Source: Sulfolobus acidocaldarius DSM 639 (GTDB lineage: Archaea; Thermoproteota; Thermoprotei_A; Sulfolobales; Sulfolobaceae). Taken from it: a stretch of DNA of 32,000 nucleotides. A program made the translations under genes and the position numbers. The stretch covers positions 210,001-242,000 of the forward strand of contig NC_007181.1 in assembly GCF_000012285.1 (NCBI RefSeq). The letters are read 5' to 3'. The notes under the pieces were generated by a model that made no database searches, was not told the origin of the DNA, and was given only the letters and a program-made list of their open reading frames with translations. Every line of letters starts with the position of its first letter. The first letter of the stretch is position 1. Of this stretch, positions 9,246 to 19,241 are shown in pieces.

Positions 9246-10781
9246 TTGGAAGAATTGAAAAAGAAGAAGGAATTGGTATACAAGGGAGGAGGAGAAGAGA
9301 GAATTAAAGCACAGCATGATAAGGGGAAACTGACTGCAAGAGAGAGACTATCATTATTGTTTGATGGTAATACATTTCAGGAATTTATGGGGTTTGCAAC
9401 AACAAAGGCTACGGAATTCGGTCTAGATAAGAACAAGGTCTATGGGGACGGTGTGGTCACGGGATGGGGAAAAGTAGAGGGAAGAACTGTTTTCGCCTAC
9501 GCACAAGACTTCATATCATTAGGAGGTACATTGGGCGAGGTACATGCTAACAAGATTGCCAGAGTTTATGAGTTAGCCCTTAAGACAGGTGCACCTGTTG
9601 TAGGAATAAATGACTCAGGTGGAGCTAGAATACAGGAAGGAGCTGTTGCACTGGAAGGCTATGGTGCAGTGTTCAAGATGAATGTTATGGCATCAGGTGT
9701 TATACCACAGATAACTATTATGGCTGGACCTGCTGCAGGAGGTGCAGTTTATTCTCCAGCATTAACAGATTTCATTATAATGATTAAAGGAGATGCTTAC
9801 TATATGTTTGTGACAGGACCAGAAATAACTAAGGTAGCTCTAGGTGAAGAAGTCAGTTATCAAGATCTAGGAGGAGCAATAGTGCATTCAACTAAATCTG
9901 GTGTGATACACTTCATGGCTGAAAATGAACAAGACGCTATAAACATAACTAAGAAATTGCTGTCATACCTACCCTCAAACAACATGGAAGAACCACCATA
10001 CATAGATACAGGAGACGCTGCAGACAGAGACGTATCAGGAGCTAATGATATAATTCCAACAGACCCCGTAAAGCCATATAGTATGAGGGAGTTAATATAT
10101 AGGACTGTCGATAACGGCGAGTTCATGGAAGTTCATAAGTATTGGGCAAACAATATGATCATTGGATTCGCAAGAATAGGAGGTAATGTTGTTGGTATAG
10201 TAGCCAATAATCCGGAGGAGTTCGGTGGTGCAATTGATGTAGATGCAGCTGATAAAGCAGCTAGGTTTATAAGGTTCTGTGACGCGTTCAATATACCCTT
10301 AATAAGCCTAGTTGACACTCCTGGTTACGTTCCGGGCACTGAGCAGGAGTATAAGGGGATTATAAGACATGGGGCTAAGATGTTGTATGCCTTCGCTGAA
10401 GCTACCGTACCAAAGATTACGGTAATACTGAGAAAATCTTACGGCGGAGCTCACATAGCTATGAGCATAAAGAGTCTAGGCGCTGACTTAGTTTATGCTT
10501 GGCCTAATGCAGAAATAGCGGTTACAGGACCTGAAGGGGCAGTTAGAATATTGTACAAAAGAGATTTGCAGAAGATGAGTAATCCTGAGGATTATATAAA
10601 ACAAAAGATAGAGGAATACAGGAGATTATTTGCAAACCCATATTGGGCAGCAGAAAAGGGTCTAATTGATGATGTTATAGAGCCTAAAGATACAAGGAGA
10701 ATAATTTACTCTGCTTTGGAAATGTTAAAGAACAAGAGAGAGTATAGGTATCCTAAGAAGCATGGGAACATTCCACTGTAA
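9246..10781 (+). CDS. pccB: Carboxyltransferase subunit of acetyl/propionyl-CoA carboxylase
   Basis: KGKLTARERLSLLFD, GGTLGEVHANKIARVYELALKTGAPVVGINDSGGARIQEG, TPGYVPGTEQEY, GGAHIAMSIKSLGAD. Confidence 0.95.
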   Translation: MEELKKKKELVYKGGGEERIKAQHDKGKLTARERLSLLFDGNTFQEFMGFATTKATEFGLDKNKVYGDGVVTGWGKVEGRTVFAYAQDFISLGGTLGEVHANKIARVYELALKTGAPVVGINDSGGARIQEGAVALEGYGAVFKMNVMASGVIPQITIMAGPAAGGAVYSPALTDFIIMIKGDAYYMFVTGPEITKVALGEEVSYQDLGGAIVHSTKSGVIHFMAENEQDAINITKKLLSYLPSNNMEEPPYIDTGDAADRDVSGANDIIPTDPVKPYSMRELIYRTVDNGEFMEVHKYWANNMIIGFARIGGNVVGIVANNPEEFGGAIDVDAADKAARFIRFCDAFNIPLISLVDTPGYVPGTEQEYKGIIRHGAKMLYAFAEATVPKITVILRKSYGGAHIAMSIKSLGADLVYAWPNAEIAVTGPEGAVRILYKRDLQKMSNPEDYIKQKIEEYRRLFANPYWAAEKGLIDDVIEPKDTRRIIYSALEMLKNKREYRYPKKHGNIPL

Positions 10782-10947
10782 GAATGCAAGTGTTTTCTCC
10801 TTCTTCTACTTCTATACGACTTTTCTTACCTAAGGCTAGGAGTATTAATGAGAACTTTTGGAGTACATCGCAATCGTCCTTAAATGTCACTTTACCGTTT
10901 AAGTAATCAAGCAATAATTCTTGCAGCCTCTTTGACAATCTTCTCAC
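10753..10947 (-). CDS. Small hypothetical protein overlapping the 3' ends of hel308 and pccB
   Basis: 64-aa ORF downstream of and overlapping hel308; regular helix/strand-like composition ([43 protein letters not shown]). The true start may lie inside the called ORF. Confidence 0.45.
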
Positions 10948-13024
10948 CTAGATTTTGTCCTAGTAAACTCTTTACCCTCTCAGGTTTCATTACTATGTCC
11001 TCAGGTCTCTTTATCCCCTGGTTAAATAATAACCGAGCCCTAGCTCTACCTATGCCTGGAACTCTGACCAACTCTAACAACTCCTCCTTAACTCCGTCGG
11101 CTATCCTCTTATGTAACTTCTCTAGAACTGAGGTATGTTGATTCAAATCAAGGATTGAAGATACGTGAAAAGCACCATATGTCAACCATTCCATTGTGTC
11201 AATTATTGCCCTTAAATCTCCTGATCCTATGCCATATTTACTAAGTATTGTATCTTCATCTACCTCCTCAATCCAGTCCTTAAGAATAAATGCCACTTTG
11301 AGTGCTGAAATGTAATTCGAAAACTCAAGTTCATCATCAGGTTCATCTATTATTAGCTCACAGTCTAAATTGTCAAGTAGGGCGTCTTCTTCATTTCTAC
11401 CTACACTTACTAAAGGTCCGTCGGGTGTGTAAGCTATCAAGTGAAAATAAGCTATATCACATGGGCTCTCGGCTCTCTCCAGGTAATTCTTAATTGTAAC
11501 TGCAGTAAAGGGATTTAAGTAAAGATCTGACACCCTCCTGCCGAACTTTGTTAACTGGAGTCTATCGTCATTACTCTTTATGAACTCGTTTTTACTTAAC
11601 CAGTCAATGGCGTTGTTGTAGTATTTCCTAACAAGTTGCTTAGACAACATTGTATCTTCCACATAATCCTTGAGTCTGTCTTCAGTAATTTCACCTTCTG
11701 ATGCTATTAAACTTAACACGAAAGAGAAGAACGGTCCCTCAGCACCCAGTTTTGACTCTATGGGCTCTATGTCTGAATGGAGGTACTTGTCTATTACCTT
11801 ATCAACCTCTACTTTAGACCTCACCAGTATAATAGCCTCCCCGTGGTTATCATAACCAGGTCTGCCCGCTCTTCCACTCATTTGCCTGTACTCCATTGTC
11901 GATATCATTTCCGTAAAACCAACTATCTTCCTGTTGAATCTGTAAATATCACCTATTACTACTGCTCTTGCAGGGAGATTTACTCCAGCAGCTAGTGTGG
12001 GAGTGGCTGTTATAACTTTAATGATTCTTTCCCTAAACGAGGCTTCTATTATATCCCTTAAGCCCTTTGACAGACCAGCGTGATGAAAAGCTACTCCTCT
12101 TACAATCAAATTATATAGTACTTCTTTCTCGTTACTACCAGCGTCTTCTACTTCCTTTATTCTTTCTGCTGTCTCTAACAGTTTTTTATCATCTAATTTA
12201 ACAAAATTCATATACTGTGAGATCTTCATAGCTGTGGTCTCGGCGTATTTTCTCGACGACCTAAAAACTATTACCTGACCTCCTTTGGACAGTATGTCTA
12301 ACGTGTAGGCTATTATAGGGTCATCTCCCTTTAACTTGTTCGTCGTCCCATCAGAGTAAAGAATTATGTGCCCTTTTTTCCCCTCTGAATACATAACCCC
12401 TTCCTTTAATGGTACAGGTCTCCAGTTGGTTGCAACTATATCAGCGTTTAACCATTTTGCCACATCCTTAGCATTTCCAATGGTAGCACTCAAGGCTAGG
12501 ATAGTTCCCTGTCTCTTAGCCCTCACGGCTACACCTTCAACTACAGGACCACGATCTCCATCATTCATATAATGGAATTCGTCCAACACGAAGTAATCAA
12601 TGTCCTTCAACCACTCAGCGCTGTGCCTCCACAATGAATCTAGCTTCTCGTATGTCGTAACAATTATGTCAAAGTTGCGTAACCAAGGATCATCAGTATC
12701 ATAGTCCCCACTGGTTACACCTACCTTAAAGCCAAGTTTTTCCCAATCCTTAAATGTGGAATACTTCTCGCTGGTCAGAGCTCTCAGAGGGGTTACATAG
12801 ATTGCTTTACCGCCCTTATTCAGTAAATGGGATATCATACCTAATTCTGCCATAAGAGTCTTACCTGAGGCAGTAGGAGTAGTTATGAGAAGCCTCTTGT
12901 CCTCAATCAAACCTTTTTTCACAGCTTCGGTCTGGGGAGGGTTAAGCTTCTTTATACCCCTGCTCTTTATTATGTCCTTGACCTTACTATCGACAGGTAA
13001 ATCTTCTACGGTAATTTCTTCCAT
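10907..13024 (-). CDS. hel308: ATP-dependent DNA helicase Hel308/Hjm (SF2, Ski2-like)
   Basis: [52 protein letters not shown], and a C-terminal HhH region [29 protein letters not shown]. Confidence 0.95.
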
Positions 13025-13186
13025 ATCCTAAACGTTACCCATTATTTTGTAGGATTTATAAGCATTTTCCCCCTTATATGAAGTTTTTACTTGCGTTTTC
13101 TGAATATTACCATTAATAAGCTTTTCCTTTGCTTCTCCATTAGTTATATTTATCTCCTATAATGAAGTATGATATTATGATCACTT

Positions 13187-13384
13187 ATGAATGGCGTCAA
13201 GAAACTTGACGATAATACCTTTGAACTTGAAATGAGCGGTGTTAAAACAATTTCCTTTAAACTTGATGATGATTTTTTGCAGGAAGTCGATAAAATGGTA
13301 AGACTTCTTGGTTATACAAATAGAAGTGATCTCATAAGAGATGCAATACTTGAGTACATCAGTGAGCTAGAAGATAAAACATGA
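13187..13384 (+). CDS. Ribbon-helix-helix (CopG/NikR-type) regulator
   Basis: TISFKLDDDFLQEVDKMVRLLGYTNRSDLIRDAILEYI is a typical RHH domain; its stop overlaps the next start (13381-13384). Confidence 0.8.
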   Translation: MNGVKKLDDNTFELEMSGVKTISFKLDDDFLQEVDKMVRLLGYTNRSDLIRDAILEYISELEDKT

Positions 13385-14352
13385 TAGATATAAGCCTTAT
13401 ACTATCTATACTTATATTTGTTTTTGGTATTACACTGTCTTTTATAGTAGGTGGGAATAACTCGGCAATATCTTTAGGGATTTTAGTTTCAACAAATGTA
13501 ATGAAGCGAAAATATTCCTACCTTGTTAGTGCAATCTCAATATTTTTAGGGGCATCAGTTGGGAGTCTAACTATGTTTAAGAGCGTACATGGCATAGTTA
13601 ACACGTCAGATGAGCTAATAGCAAAAGTCATCATAGTATGCATACTCTTCTCATCGATACTGTCCTTCTTCTATCTAAATAGAATGGGGGTTCCTACTGC
13701 TCTAAGCCAAATGATATATCCTTCTTTAGCAGTCATCTCGCTAGTCACTAGGATAGCTTTCCTTTGGAGTGCTTTCCTAGTGACTCTAGTGTCCTGGATG
13801 GTTTCACCATTAGTAGCAATAATTTCAGCTCTTTTATTATACAGATTAGTTCATGTCTTCTTGAAGAATACTAAAGGGATAATTGAACAGGTGAAGTATT
13901 ACAGGGTAATCATATTGATAGCCTCTGCATTGACATCGTTTGTAACAGGGGCTAATGCTGTAGGTATCATAATCTCAACTGGGCTATTTGCATTACCAGA
14001 ATATATAATAGTACCGTGTTATGCGCTAGCAGCTGCCATAGGGATTTACCTGAGTTCATGGAGGGCAGTGATCACAGTAGGTTTTAGGGTGACCAAGCTG
14101 GGTTATGCAAGTGCGTCCTCAGCACTTATAGGAAGCGCATTAGTATCTGAAGTTTTTACGGTATTTAGTGTGCCCATATCTATTACGCAAACAGTTATGG
14201 GAGGAATAATAGGTTTAAGTTTTAGGAGTCTTACTTCTGATATAGAGAAGCAGTTAAAACAAATAGGTCGTGGTTGGTTACTATCTCCAACGTTTTCCAT
14301 TATAGTATCTTTAGCCCTGTATGGTATAATAAGAAGTATTTTAGGATTTTAA
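13381..14352 (+). CDS. PiT-family inorganic phosphate transporter
   Basis: Polytopic membrane protein with duplicated halves containing GGNNSAISLGILVSTN and VTGANAVGIIISTG (PiT motifs). Confidence 0.85.
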   Translation: MIDISLILSILIFVFGITLSFIVGGNNSAISLGILVSTNVMKRKYSYLVSAISIFLGASVGSLTMFKSVHGIVNTSDELIAKVIIVCILFSSILSFFYLNRMGVPTALSQMIYPSLAVISLVTRIAFLWSAFLVTLVSWMVSPLVAIISALLLYRLVHVFLKNTKGIIEQVKYYRVIILIASALTSFVTGANAVGIIISTGLFALPEYIIVPCYALAAAIGIYLSSWRAVITVGFRVTKLGYASASSALIGSALVSEVFTVFSVPISITQTVMGGIIGLSFRSLTSDIEKQLKQIGRGWLLSPTFSIIVSLALYGIIRSILGF

Positions 14353-15003
14353 TGTAGCGTATAATATTTTTATGCTCAGTACTGCACTCTCCATGCTGTC
14401 CAATATGTCGTCAAGGAAAAATATGGCATCTCTTGTCTGTAACAGAGTTATTAGATGGAGTGAGTCCTCCATATCGTATAGCCTCGTTATGATCATGTCT
14501 TTGATTTCATCTCCACTCCTCTCCAACATCTGCACCTCTTTTCCAACTTTAAGTGCTGAGGCTATGTCCTTTGGTAATAGGGACAACATTAAAACTACTT
14601 TATCAGACGCCTCAAGAATTATAGAAATATATGAGAGAAGACTTTCCTTCAGAGTTGTCAAACACTTTTCATCAACTCTCCTGGCTGTCAACGCCCTACC
14701 TGCATCCTTCGCTGAAGCACTTGCCCTGTATAGATCTTGTGTAAGCATAACTATAGCCTCCTTAAAGTCAGGCAGAAACGCTTCACTGTATATTACTGAG
14801 AGTAATTCCTCCCTGGTCATGCTTATCTTTTCGTTCAAAGATTTGATTTTAATTAGACTACTGTTTTTCATGTCGTCGTCCTTGACCAATAGGGCGTTTA
14901 TTAACTGTCTCAAAGCTTCAGCTGTAGTTTTCAAATCTTCTCCTATTTTGATTAGCTTGTCAAATACCTCTTGCTCTCTGTTGATTCTAATTTTTAGTAC
15001 CAT
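14341..15003 (-). CDS. DUF47 / PhoU-like phosphate transport accessory protein
   Basis: All-helical protein with LLQTRDAIFFLDDILDSMESAVLSIKILY near the C-terminus; convergent with and 12 nt overlapping the PiT gene. Confidence 0.75.
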   Translation of the reverse strand: MVLKIRINREQEVFDKLIKIGEDLKTTAEALRQLINALLVKDDDMKNSSLIKIKSLNEKISMTREELLSVIYSEAFLPDFKEAIVMLTQDLYRASASAKDAGRALTARRVDEKCLTTLKESLLSYISIILEASDKVVLMLSLLPKDIASALKVGKEVQMLERSGDEIKDMIITRLYDMEDSLHLITLLQTRDAIFFLDDILDSMESAVLSIKILYATLKS

Positions 15004-15058
15004 AATATCAAGATAGAATCTCTTCTCTTCTGAACTTAAAAGGATTTTCCTCTTAAGA

Positions 15059-16192
15059 CTATTCCTTTAACCCTTCAGCTAAACTTCTCAATTTCCTAAG
15101 TGCAAATTCCCTGTCTTTCTCTTCGGTCTTGATCCTTTGCAGTATATCCTCTAAGGTGTAGATTACCTCATATGCAACCTTCCTGTTAACTGGAAATGGA
15201 ATACCGTCCTTTCCTCCAATTGCATAAGCATATTTAAAGGGATCGTAAGGCATGTTAACAGGGTCATTATAGGAGGGCGGTTCATTATATATTAAATCTG
15301 CCACAAGATATAGCGCCCTAGTACTAGATGGACCTAAACCATGTAAGAGTGCCTCCTCTAAATTAGATGGGTTTACTTCATATACCTTATGTAGTATTTG
15401 CCTAATTTTGGATATCTCTATCGGCTTCATGTAAATTCTCCTCTTCTTTATATCAACCTTGAACGCGGAGGGATTATCTAGTGTGGTCTGTCCTTTTATC
15501 ATATTTTCAGCCTTTACTACGTCATTAATTAATTTCTCAGGAGGCTCTTTAAGGAGGTCAACCATCAACTTTCTTGTATTCTCCACATTCTTATCTACGG
15601 CATTTATGGCAATTTCCTGTTTTACACCCATTATGCCTTTATGCGGTTCAACTAGGAAGTTTTCAGTAGAAAGCCAATGGTACCTCCTGGCAAATCTGGT
15701 CTCCAGATTCATCCCCTGTTGTATAATACCCCATTTTCCGCTTTCACTAACTAAAACTGAGTGGTGATATAGCGTATGTCCATCCTGAATTAGTGTACTA
15801 TCAACTTTAGCCACTAATCTACTGGCTCTTTCAATCTTTTCAAGGTTTACAGAAAATTTTCCTCTAAGGCTGTTTAATTCATCAGGGACTTTTAAGGCAT
15901 TTTTACCTTTACCGCCTAATACTGCTATTCCTTCTTCCTCTGGTTTTATAACTTCTTTGAGTATTCCTAACGTAACTGTGGTTGAACCAGAGGAGTCCCA
16001 ATCCATGCCTATGATATTGTTAAACCCTTGAAACCACAGAGGGTTTGATAGCCTCTCAACTACTTTATCTGGACCCCACTCAATTATCATCACGTCTATA
16101 ATAGCCTTTGATAACCTCCTCATAATACTTGCTAACCAGTAGGGAACTTTACCTGTGTGAAGCGGTAAATCTGCTATTCCTTCGAGACCCAC
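15059..16192 (-). CDS. DUF763-family protein
   Basis: GIADLPLHTGKVPYWLASIMRRLSKAII, IGMDWDSSGSTTVTLG, LLHGLGPSSTRALYLVADLIY, MPYDPFKYAYAIGGKDGIPFPVNRKVAYEVI are characteristic of the DUF763 family. Confidence 0.85.
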   Translation of the reverse strand: MGLEGIADLPLHTGKVPYWLASIMRRLSKAIIDVMIIEWGPDKVVERLSNPLWFQGFNNIIGMDWDSSGSTTVTLGILKEVIKPEEEGIAVLGGKGKNALKVPDELNSLRGKFSVNLEKIERASRLVAKVDSTLIQDGHTLYHHSVLVSESGKWGIIQQGMNLETRFARRYHWLSTENFLVEPHKGIMGVKQEIAINAVDKNVENTRKLMVDLLKEPPEKLINDVVKAENMIKGQTTLDNPSAFKVDIKKRRIYMKPIEISKIRQILHKVYEVNPSNLEEALLHGLGPSSTRALYLVADLIYNEPPSYNDPVNMPYDPFKYAYAIGGKDGIPFPVNRKVAYEVIYTLEDILQRIKTEEKDREFALRKLRSLAEGLKE

Positions 16193-16226
16193 AAATAGCT
16201 TTTCTAGTAGTAATACGATTTATATT

Positions 16227-16892
16227 TTGATGCTAATAGCAGCAACATCAGATATCCATTCACCTAGATATCTAACGCAGTTCTTTGCTTCATTTAATTT
16301 AATAAGGAATCTCTCCATTGATATATTCCTTTTAGCAGGTGATTTAGCCAATGAAGGAGAGTACATACACTTTAAACCGGTATACGATGTTCTAAAGAGG
16401 TTTAGGACAATAGCAGTATTTGGAAATGAGGACTTTAGGGAGAACAGGGATTCGTATAAGGAAACTTATCCTGATATAAAATGGTTGGAAGAGGATATCG
16501 TGGAGTTCGAGTTGGGAGATATCTTAGTCAGTATAATCGGTAGTGACGGCGTTTTAGAAGAACCTACAAAGTGGCAAAAACTTAACGGTATTGATGAGAA
16601 CTATTATAGGGAGAAGGCTAGAAAAATAGAGGATTTACTGTGTAAGGCTAGAGGAGACGTGAAGTTACTTTTGACACATTACGCATGTACATTTATGACT
16701 GTCCAGGGAGAGAAAAAGAGCATATTTCCCCACTTGGGTTATAGGATACTTGAGGAAACCAGCTGTTTACCCCATTTGGCTATACATGGTCATGCGCATC
16801 ACTCTAAAGTCACTCAAGGCTTGGTTAGAGGAGTGAGAGTTTATAACGTTGCGTTACCTGCTAATCATAAGATTGTCTTAATAAGGTTATAG
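16227..16892 (+). CDS. Calcineurin-like metallophosphoesterase
   Basis: ATSDIHSPRY, FLLAGDLANEG, VFGNEDF, LLLTHYA, HGHAHHSKV (five metal-binding motifs). Confidence 0.88.
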   Translation: MMLIAATSDIHSPRYLTQFFASFNLIRNLSIDIFLLAGDLANEGEYIHFKPVYDVLKRFRTIAVFGNEDFRENRDSYKETYPDIKWLEEDIVEFELGDILVSIIGSDGVLEEPTKWQKLNGIDENYYREKARKIEDLLCKARGDVKLLLTHYACTFMTVQGEKKSIFPHLGYRILEETSCLPHLAIHGHAHHSKVTQGLVRGVRVYNVALPANHKIVLIRL

Positions 16893-16898
16893 ATACTA

Positions 16899-17720
16899 CT
16901 AACAAGTATATTTACATTGTAGTGCCAGGTTATACGCGGCGTTAAAGTCTCTGTCAGCCTTGTAACCACATGATGGACAGACAAATAACGGTCCCATCAC
17001 TTCACCTCTCCTGAATCCACAGTTAGAGCAAATTTTGCTCGTGTAATATGGGGGAAGTTTTCTGAACTTAACTCCCTTCCTATATAGGTGACTCTCTAGT
17101 TCTTTCTCCACAGTTCTCAATGCACTGCCTATTTTACTCTCAAAATATTCTAAATCCTCTATTGCGACTACTTTAGGGTTAAGGTCTTGGATAAATGACA
17201 CAACATCTCTTATGATATTACCAATCTTACCCTTTATCGTCCTTATTTCTGAAACTCCCTGCGGATCACCGATTACCTTTATCATCTCTTCAGTTATTAC
17301 ATCGTTTCCCCAATATCTTACTTTCCAGAGGCTATCTTCTCTAATCGACACCACTGTGATTAAGTGCCTCACCCCGATGTCAATACCAACTATTGATTTA
17401 GGCTTTTCATAAGCTAGAAAAACTCTCACGTCATCTGAAAATTCAGCTATAGCATAGAGAGGAGGTGATCTTCTTGTCGAACTCACTAGAGCATCGACTT
17501 CAGGTATTCTATAGGGACTTGTATTTCCTATTATTCTCAATGGACCGTATCTTATTTTGTTACTTGAGGAGGTGGCTTGATAATACAATTCACGGGGTAT
17601 ATTTGAGGGGGGAGGACCCCCCTTCACTATCTTCGAGTACTCCCTGATAAACAAAATCTGTTTATGGATCTCTTTTAATTTTCCGTAATTCAAAATTTTA
17701 GCTTCTATCAGCTCTTCCAT
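16899..17720 (-). CDS. Compact orphan TnpB-like (IS200/IS605 OrfB-related) RuvC-fold protein, 273 aa
   Basis: RuvC-I SIVGIDIGVRHLITV, RuvC-II PKVVAIEDLEYF, YTSKICSNCG...FVCPSCGYKADRDFNAAYNLA (4-Cys zinc finger plus RuvC-III). Confidence 0.88.
   Translation of the reverse strand: MEELIEAKILNYGKLKEIHKQILFIREYSKIVKGGPPPSNIPRELYYQATSSSNKIRYGPLRIIGNTSPYRIPEVDALVSSTRRSPPLYAIAEFSDDVRVFLAYEKPKSIVGIDIGVRHLITVVSIREDSLWKVRYWGNDVITEEMIKVIGDPQGVSEIRTIKGKIGNIIRDVVSFIQDLNPKVVAIEDLEYFESKIGSALRTVEKELESHLYRKGVKFRKLPPYYTSKICSNCGFRRGEVMGPLFVCPSCGYKADRDFNAAYNLALQCKYTC
17607..17622. repeat. Perfect G6/C6 inverted repeat with 4-nt loop
   Basis: GGGGGG AGGA CCCCCC, extendable by A17606:T17623 and a G-T pair; lies inside the TnpB-like ORF in an otherwise low-GC window. 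Confidence 0.6.
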
Positions 17721-17746
17721 AAGATTAATTATAACTAGTCATACAT

Positions 17747-18460
17747 TTAAATTTCGATTACACTACCCTGTCTTAATTCCTCACCTTTAACTCCATAGTA
17801 ATACATAACAGTGGAAGAGAAAACATAGTTTTCATATCTATACATCTTGTAGTAATCTTCTACATCCCTCATCTTATTCTTATTGTAATAATGCCCGACC
17901 AAGAGAGATACATCCTCATTACTTAATGATAAGAGAATTGAGTTCAAAGTGACTGAAAACTCAGACAGCTTGATTATTGTCTCCTCATAGGCTCTCTTCA
18001 CATCAAGGTTGTTTCTATCGATGTTCTTTATTATCTCTTGCAGGAAAAGGTAACTATCTGTTGAAGGGTAGTTTGGGTCTTCAAATGCTTTTCTACTTAT
18101 AGATCCATTATGGGCGAAGTAAATATCCAGATTCTTTGTCCTCACATGATATGGGTGATTATGCCTTACTCCTAAAAGAAAACCCTTTCCAGCTCTCCTG
18201 ACATGAATCATGCCTATTACTCTGTCTCCTTTCAATAGGCTTGCAATATCATAAAATGTGGGATCATCATAAATTGGGATTGGTGACTTGAAGTGGAGTA
18301 CTCTGGGTTTATTATCCCTATATATAATTGCTGAAATTCCCCAACCATGAGGGTGATTGAGATATCTAGAAAACACATCGTTTCTTGCAGCATCAATTAG
18401 GGATTTCAAAGCCTTATGGTCAACTTCACCTTTTACTGAAAATCCTAATAATCTACACAT
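17747..18460 (-). CDS. Class II glutamine amidotransferase-like protein
   Basis: N-terminal Cys2 (MCRLLGFSVKG), HPHGWGISAIIY, VIGMIHVRRAGKG, VRHNHPYHV, YFAHNGSI. Confidence 0.85.
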   Translation of the reverse strand: MCRLLGFSVKGEVDHKALKSLIDAARNDVFSRYLNHPHGWGISAIIYRDNKPRVLHFKSPIPIYDDPTFYDIASLLKGDRVIGMIHVRRAGKGFLLGVRHNHPYHVRTKNLDIYFAHNGSISRKAFEDPNYPSTDSYLFLQEIIKNIDRNNLDVKRAYEETIIKLSEFSVTLNSILLSLSNEDVSLLVGHYYNKNKMRDVEDYYKMYRYENYVFSSTVMYYYGVKGEELRQGSVIEI

Positions 18461-19148
18461 TTAATACTAACCCATCATATGCTACTATATAATTCTTGGC
18501 TATTAATTTAACTTGATCTTCTATTTGTGAAGGTATATGTGTCATAACTAACTTGCTTGGACTCGAAAACATTGATAGTAATTGTTTAACTGATGTATGT
18601 CCATATTTAGAACACTCCTCTAAGCAACTTGCCTCATGGATAACCAAATCAGCGTCCTTAATTTCCTCCATAATTGGCTCACACGGCTGGGACGTATCTC
18701 CGGTATACACAATTTTCCTTTTATTATCGGTTATCACATACGAAACAGCGTATATTGCATGGCAAGCCTCCACAGAGTATATGTTTAAGTCTCCTACCTT
18801 CCCTTTAGGTTTACTTTCCTCGATCAACTTTATGTTTATACCATTCCATTTTTGATAAGAGCTAAGTATTTCGTATAGTCCGGGAGGAGATCTAATTTCT
18901 ACGTCAGGAAGACCGAAAATTCTTCTGTATATTAAGTGGTCAGGGATTCCGTTTATGTGGTCAATATGTAAATGTGTTACAAATATTGCAGAGAAATCCA
19001 CTAGTTCCAGGTCATCTAATTTGAAACTTGCTCCAGAACCTAAATCCAGTAGTAGTGACCCTTCACTGCCTTTCACATATATAGAGGATTTCACTCTTTT
19101 GCTCCCTTTTGTTGACCCTGCTCCAGTTCCCACAAAGACTATTTTCAC
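18453..19148 (-). CDS. Metallo-beta-lactamase fold hydrolase, RNase Z-like
   Basis: FVGTGAG, LLLDLGSGA, IFVTHLHIDHINGIPDHL, KIVYTGDTSQ, DLVIHEASC, GHTS. Confidence 0.8.
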   Translation of the reverse strand: MKIVFVGTGAGSTKGSKRVKSSIYVKGSEGSLLLDLGSGASFKLDDLELVDFSAIFVTHLHIDHINGIPDHLIYRRIFGLPDVEIRSPPGLYEILSSYQKWNGINIKLIEESKPKGKVGDLNIYSVEACHAIYAVSYVITDNKRKIVYTGDTSQPCEPIMEEIKDADLVIHEASCLEECSKYGHTSVKQLLSMFSSPSKLVMTHIPSQIEDQVKLIAKNYIVAYDGLVLNV

Positions 19149-19241
19149 TTCTCGTCACTCTCTAAATATATTATACAGTAAGGACAAGGGCTTTTATGTT
19201 TACTATTTAACCTTTTTATTCTGACCTTATTCTTGGATTTT

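Noticed and set aside
14372-15016. 214-aa + strand ORF antisense to the DUF47 gene
   Set aside because: Mirror-image frame of a well-supported coding gene; low-complexity Ser/Leu-rich composition typical of antisense ORFs in this genome.
16899-17720. Interpretation of the TnpB-like gene as a complete IS605-type element
   Set aside because: No tnpA, and no recognisable left or right end hairpins or flanking duplications; the adjacent gene ends 7 nt away.
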